Source: Tubiluchus corallicola (lineage: Eukaryota; Animalia; Priapulida). Taken from it: a DNA stretch of 64,000 bases. Of the stretch, positions 60,901 to 64,000 are shown one piece after another; position 1 is the first letter of the stretch; the number at the start of each line of letters is the position of its first letter. Made by a program: the position numbers and the translations under genes. The stretch covers positions 553,418-617,417 of the forward strand of contig JAQGDQ010000086.1 in assembly GCA_030141605.1 (NCBI GenBank), read 5' to 3'. The notes under the pieces are model-generated. The model saw nothing but the letters and a program-made list of their open reading frames with translations, was not told where the DNA came from and did not search any database.

Positions 60901-61916
60901 CTTTAACAAGCAGTAAATGACAACAGTAACAACTACAACAACAGTAGGCACAAACACCTGTAGATCAGTAGCAGAGGTGTAGTGACAATAAAAATATTAT
61001 AGCACAAGAAAACCCTCCACTTACAAAATGCTTGAAAAATTCATCTTTAAATTTTATACCACTTACATTTTTGTATGCAGGGCCTGCGTCGGCAGTAACA
61101 CTGTATAAAACTTGTAACTCTAAACTCCAGCGATGACCGTTAGGCACAGCAATTAAAATGACAGGCCATTTGAAATTAGCTTAGATAACATTATGCGAAA
61201 TTTGAAAAATTAAACAGAGCTTTCGTAGCACATTTGTTACTTAGTAAGTAAAATTTTAAATAACTGTATTTTGTCAATAAGATTAAAAAATACGTTTTAG
61301 GTTAGTGAGTGCTGCACTCTGGAGGGTGAGCCAGCGACATTTTACTAATTAGCACGAACATTTTAAATGATTATTTCTAGTTACATAAGTCTTTCCAGCA
61401 GGTAAGCAAAATGCTAAGTAAAACAACTTTGCACGGAAAGTATTTTGGGACATAGTTTAACATTTCCTTTTCTTCCACTGATTTACGTTGTGCGTATATG
61501 ACGTCATGTAATGTATATGCTTATACGTCATTCCGTATATGACGGAACAGTAGTGCGGGAGATTTAAAATGAAAACAAACAAAAATTCTTTCATACGACA
61601 TACGTATAAAATTGGTATAAAGTATACAGTATTGCTAAAATTTCTGAAACCTACTCCAGGCACCCCTTTTCTTGTCCTTTAACAATAACAGCAGCATTTC
61701 TGTAAAGTACAGATAAGTCCAAGCACATTCTCAGCAAAGGCAGCGGACAATTATAATTCCACATTATTGTATCCCCCTACACACTTCCCTGCACATAAAA
61801 TAAGTATACATTTTTTATGCAAACCTTGGCCATCTGAGCTTGAACTCCTTGAGCAATAAGAGCCTTTGCTGCTGCACTGGCCTCTTCTGAACAGTCGAAG
61901 TCCACAAAACCATATC
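54923..61916 (-). CDS. RBMS: RBMS/alan shepard-family two-RRM RNA-binding protein, 5' exons not found in window
   Basis: Exons 61825-61916, 59680-59837, 57852-57913, 57055-57320, 55425-55520 and 54923-54991 join in frame: GYGFVDF...[23 protein letters not shown]...ISTRILRD...SRGVGFAR...[10 protein letters not shown]. Confidence 0.93.
55425..55520 (-). CDS. RBMS: RBMS exon (low-complexity tail)
   Basis: ttttgcag/[32 protein letters not shown]/gtgagt. Confidence 0.75.
56332..56662. mobile_element. hAT-type MITE
   Basis: Perfect 8-bp TSD CCATTGAA; TIR CAGTGGCATAT/ATATGCCATTG. Confidence 0.85.
57055..57320 (-). CDS. RBMS: RBMS exon
   Basis: [18 protein letters not shown]...NYQQLP; donor CCC/GTATGT. 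Confidence 0.88.
57852..57913 (-). CDS. RBMS: RBMS exon
   Basis: [20 protein letters not shown]. Confidence 0.9.
58094..58394. repeat. Long inverted repeat (foldback)
   Basis: Arms of about 120 bp are imperfect reverse complements around a spacer of about 55 nt. Confidence 0.88.
58484..58979. mobile_element. hAT-type MITE
   Basis: 8-bp TSD GTCACAGC/CTCACAGC (7 of 8 match); TIR TAGTGGCTGC/GCCGCTACTG. Confidence 0.72.
59680..59837 (-). CDS. RBMS: RBMS exon (RRM2)
   Basis: [53 protein letters not shown]. Confidence 0.95.
61825..61916 (-). CDS. RBMS: RBMS exon (end of RRM1)
   Basis: [31 protein letters not shown]. Confidence 0.93.
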
Positions 61917-62286
61917 CTATAGTAATAGCTACAAGTTTAGAACAGTTGTCACTGTAATTTGCTTATATGTTTGCAAGTCAAAGATTACTGTCTCTTGTCT
62001 TCTTTGACATTTCCAAAACCAAGGCCCTGATGCCAGTTGTGGGGACAGTTAATTATTAAATTTTGAATTTTCAATCTAACAAGTAAATAAACGAGTGGCT
62101 AACAAAAGTTAAGCAAAACTGAGTCTAGTTAATAAAATGGATAGGTTGCGTATACATTGCGTATTCTGACTGGGTTTAGCTGCCATACTGCTGTGGCCAC
62201 AACATCTCTAACAGTTTAGTTCAATATCTAAGAATACTGTCCCTGATAATTAGCATACTCTGCAAATAGATCACTGAGTACCATAA

Positions 62287-62955
62287 CTCCTTCACGACCG
62301 CTCCATTCAAAATAGGTCTTACAAGATCTATAACTTTTTTAGTACTGTATGAGCACAGACATAACTAAAATGATTACAAATTAGGTAATGTTTTATTCAG
62401 GAAAGTATCGGCTATCCAGTTTTGTTATTTGTTTGATTATGAGTGATTTAATTAGATAGAATTAAGAAAAGTGCTACCCTCTTCAGGCACTCCGACTTAG
62501 CCTATTGAGAAGCTTGGTCTGGTGTACACTTGCGTGATCGTACACACTAATTTATGAATAACCTGCTAGCTGCAGCCCAAGCCGTACAGTGTTCTGCTGC
62601 TAGTCCATGAAAAACCAGCCGACCAGCCAAGTTCAAAATTAAGGTTGTTTCATCTTTTAACAGGAATTCCACCATAAAAAAGAGTAGACTTGAGGCTAAA
62701 GTGTATCAGAATGTTGTGTCTGGATAGTTGAAATTTTCTGCATTAGCCAATTTTACACAAGTGATACCGTACTTTGTTACAGTGCAAACACTGCAGTTAC
62801 TGAAAGTTTCTCAATTTAATATAGCTTTGCATGAAAATCCATTGTACGAGGAGTAGAAACCTACAAAAATTATCAAATATAACTTAATCGCTGCGTAGTC
62901 AGTGCAGTTTTTGAAACCATGCAAAATTCAGGAAACACTTACGGTCCTGAAAGAG
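62287..62955. mobile_element. piggyBac-like MITE, second copy
   Basis: Colinear with 16997-17663; ATAA/TTAA flanks. Confidence 0.8.
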
Positions 62956-63719
62956 TTAAGCTTTACATTGAGTAAAACTTGCCACAGAACGCTGAATCCC
63001 AGAGCTTGCAGGGATGGAACGACAACCAATACGATTTTCACAGTTGTGGCATTTTTGAGGTTAAGTTGTGGCAAACGTGAATCTTGATAAGAAATGTGAA
63101 GAGCTCGTCTTCTAATACAGTATATTATTCCCAAAGCCACTCTCACAATTTGGGGGTAGGTTAGAGGTGGCAGTTTGATTGAGGTTTTTATAACGTGCAA
63201 CAAACTTGCTTTGCAATGAGATTACTCGACCGCAGTGGTCATTAGGAGGTTACTTGAATTTTACAGATGGCAAGCGAGACTGCCACTGTGAGGAGCCGCC
63301 GGACATTGGCTAGCAATTTACACGGAAGACGTCCAAATTAGTAAAGGCTACGGTATAAAGTGCTGATACGCATTTTGATGTGGTTGGCGTTGTGGACAGT
63401 TCTAGACTTCTAGTTGAATAGTGCAGTGATCTATTTTAAGTCTGTTATCTCGGCGCTCGTCAAAAGGCGCTTTTCACAATAAAGCATTTAAAATAAATTA
63501 ATTAAAAATTGTGTAATAATAATAACTTTGTTGATACATAACCAACCTAATATTATGCTTATGGTCAATAGTTCAAGTGGGCTGGCAGAATTTTGTATTA
63601 TTTTGCCTTTTCGCCAAGTTTTAACCACAATATAAAATGTTAGTGACTGGAGAATTTCTTAGCAGCATTTCACAGTAGCACGCTTTCTGTCCTTAACATT
63701 TATGTACAGATATAAAACC

Positions 63720-64000
63720 TTAAAGCAAAACCGGACCCAATCTTAAACTGCAGGTCAAAACACTCTACTCTTCAAAATATTGAAAGCAAACATGATACTT
63801 TTTCAAAAATGACTTCCACGTTCGCGCATCTAGTTCTTCGCTGTTACGTGCATTTTGTCATTCGCTAGTTAGACGGGCACTAGCGCCTGCATTTCGGCAA
63901 TGCGTTGCACAAAAACAGGTGTTGTACCTCTCAGTTCAAATGTGTTAGTTTGTGACGAACTGCACAAGTTGGACAGTTCATGCGTGAGCACAGAGGTAAA
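63720..64000. mobile_element. Dispersed repeat family A copy, runs off window
   Basis: ttaaagcaaaaccggacccaatcttaaactg... as at 20013. Confidence 0.7.

Overview
AT-rich, intron-containing animal (probably invertebrate) genomic DNA, dense in microsatellites, MITEs and LINE fragments. No prokaryotic features, CRISPR arrays or rRNA were seen. Genes: (1) a minus-strand striated-type class II myosin heavy chain with 18 coding exons resolved (25368 to 461, running off the left edge). Its head-rod junction lacks the invariant proline, and its proximal S2 appears replaced by an ER/K single-alpha-helix. (2) A tandem pair of minus-strand three-exon genes missed by the ORF track (ATGs at 35006 and 32937). 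Each sits behind an RFX X-box and opens with an identical ATG-GCT-G/GTAAGT start; they encode an 87-aa protamine-like Arg/Ser/Pro-rich protein and a 17-aa Arg-rich peptide. (3) A 699-aa secreted orphan ORF (44399-46498). (4) An AQP8-like aquaporin (+, 47605-52094). (5) The 3' part of an RBMS/shep RRM gene (-, 61916-54923). Exon boundaries were read by hand from GT/AG signals and phase continuity. Comparisons with known proteins are from memory, not database searches.
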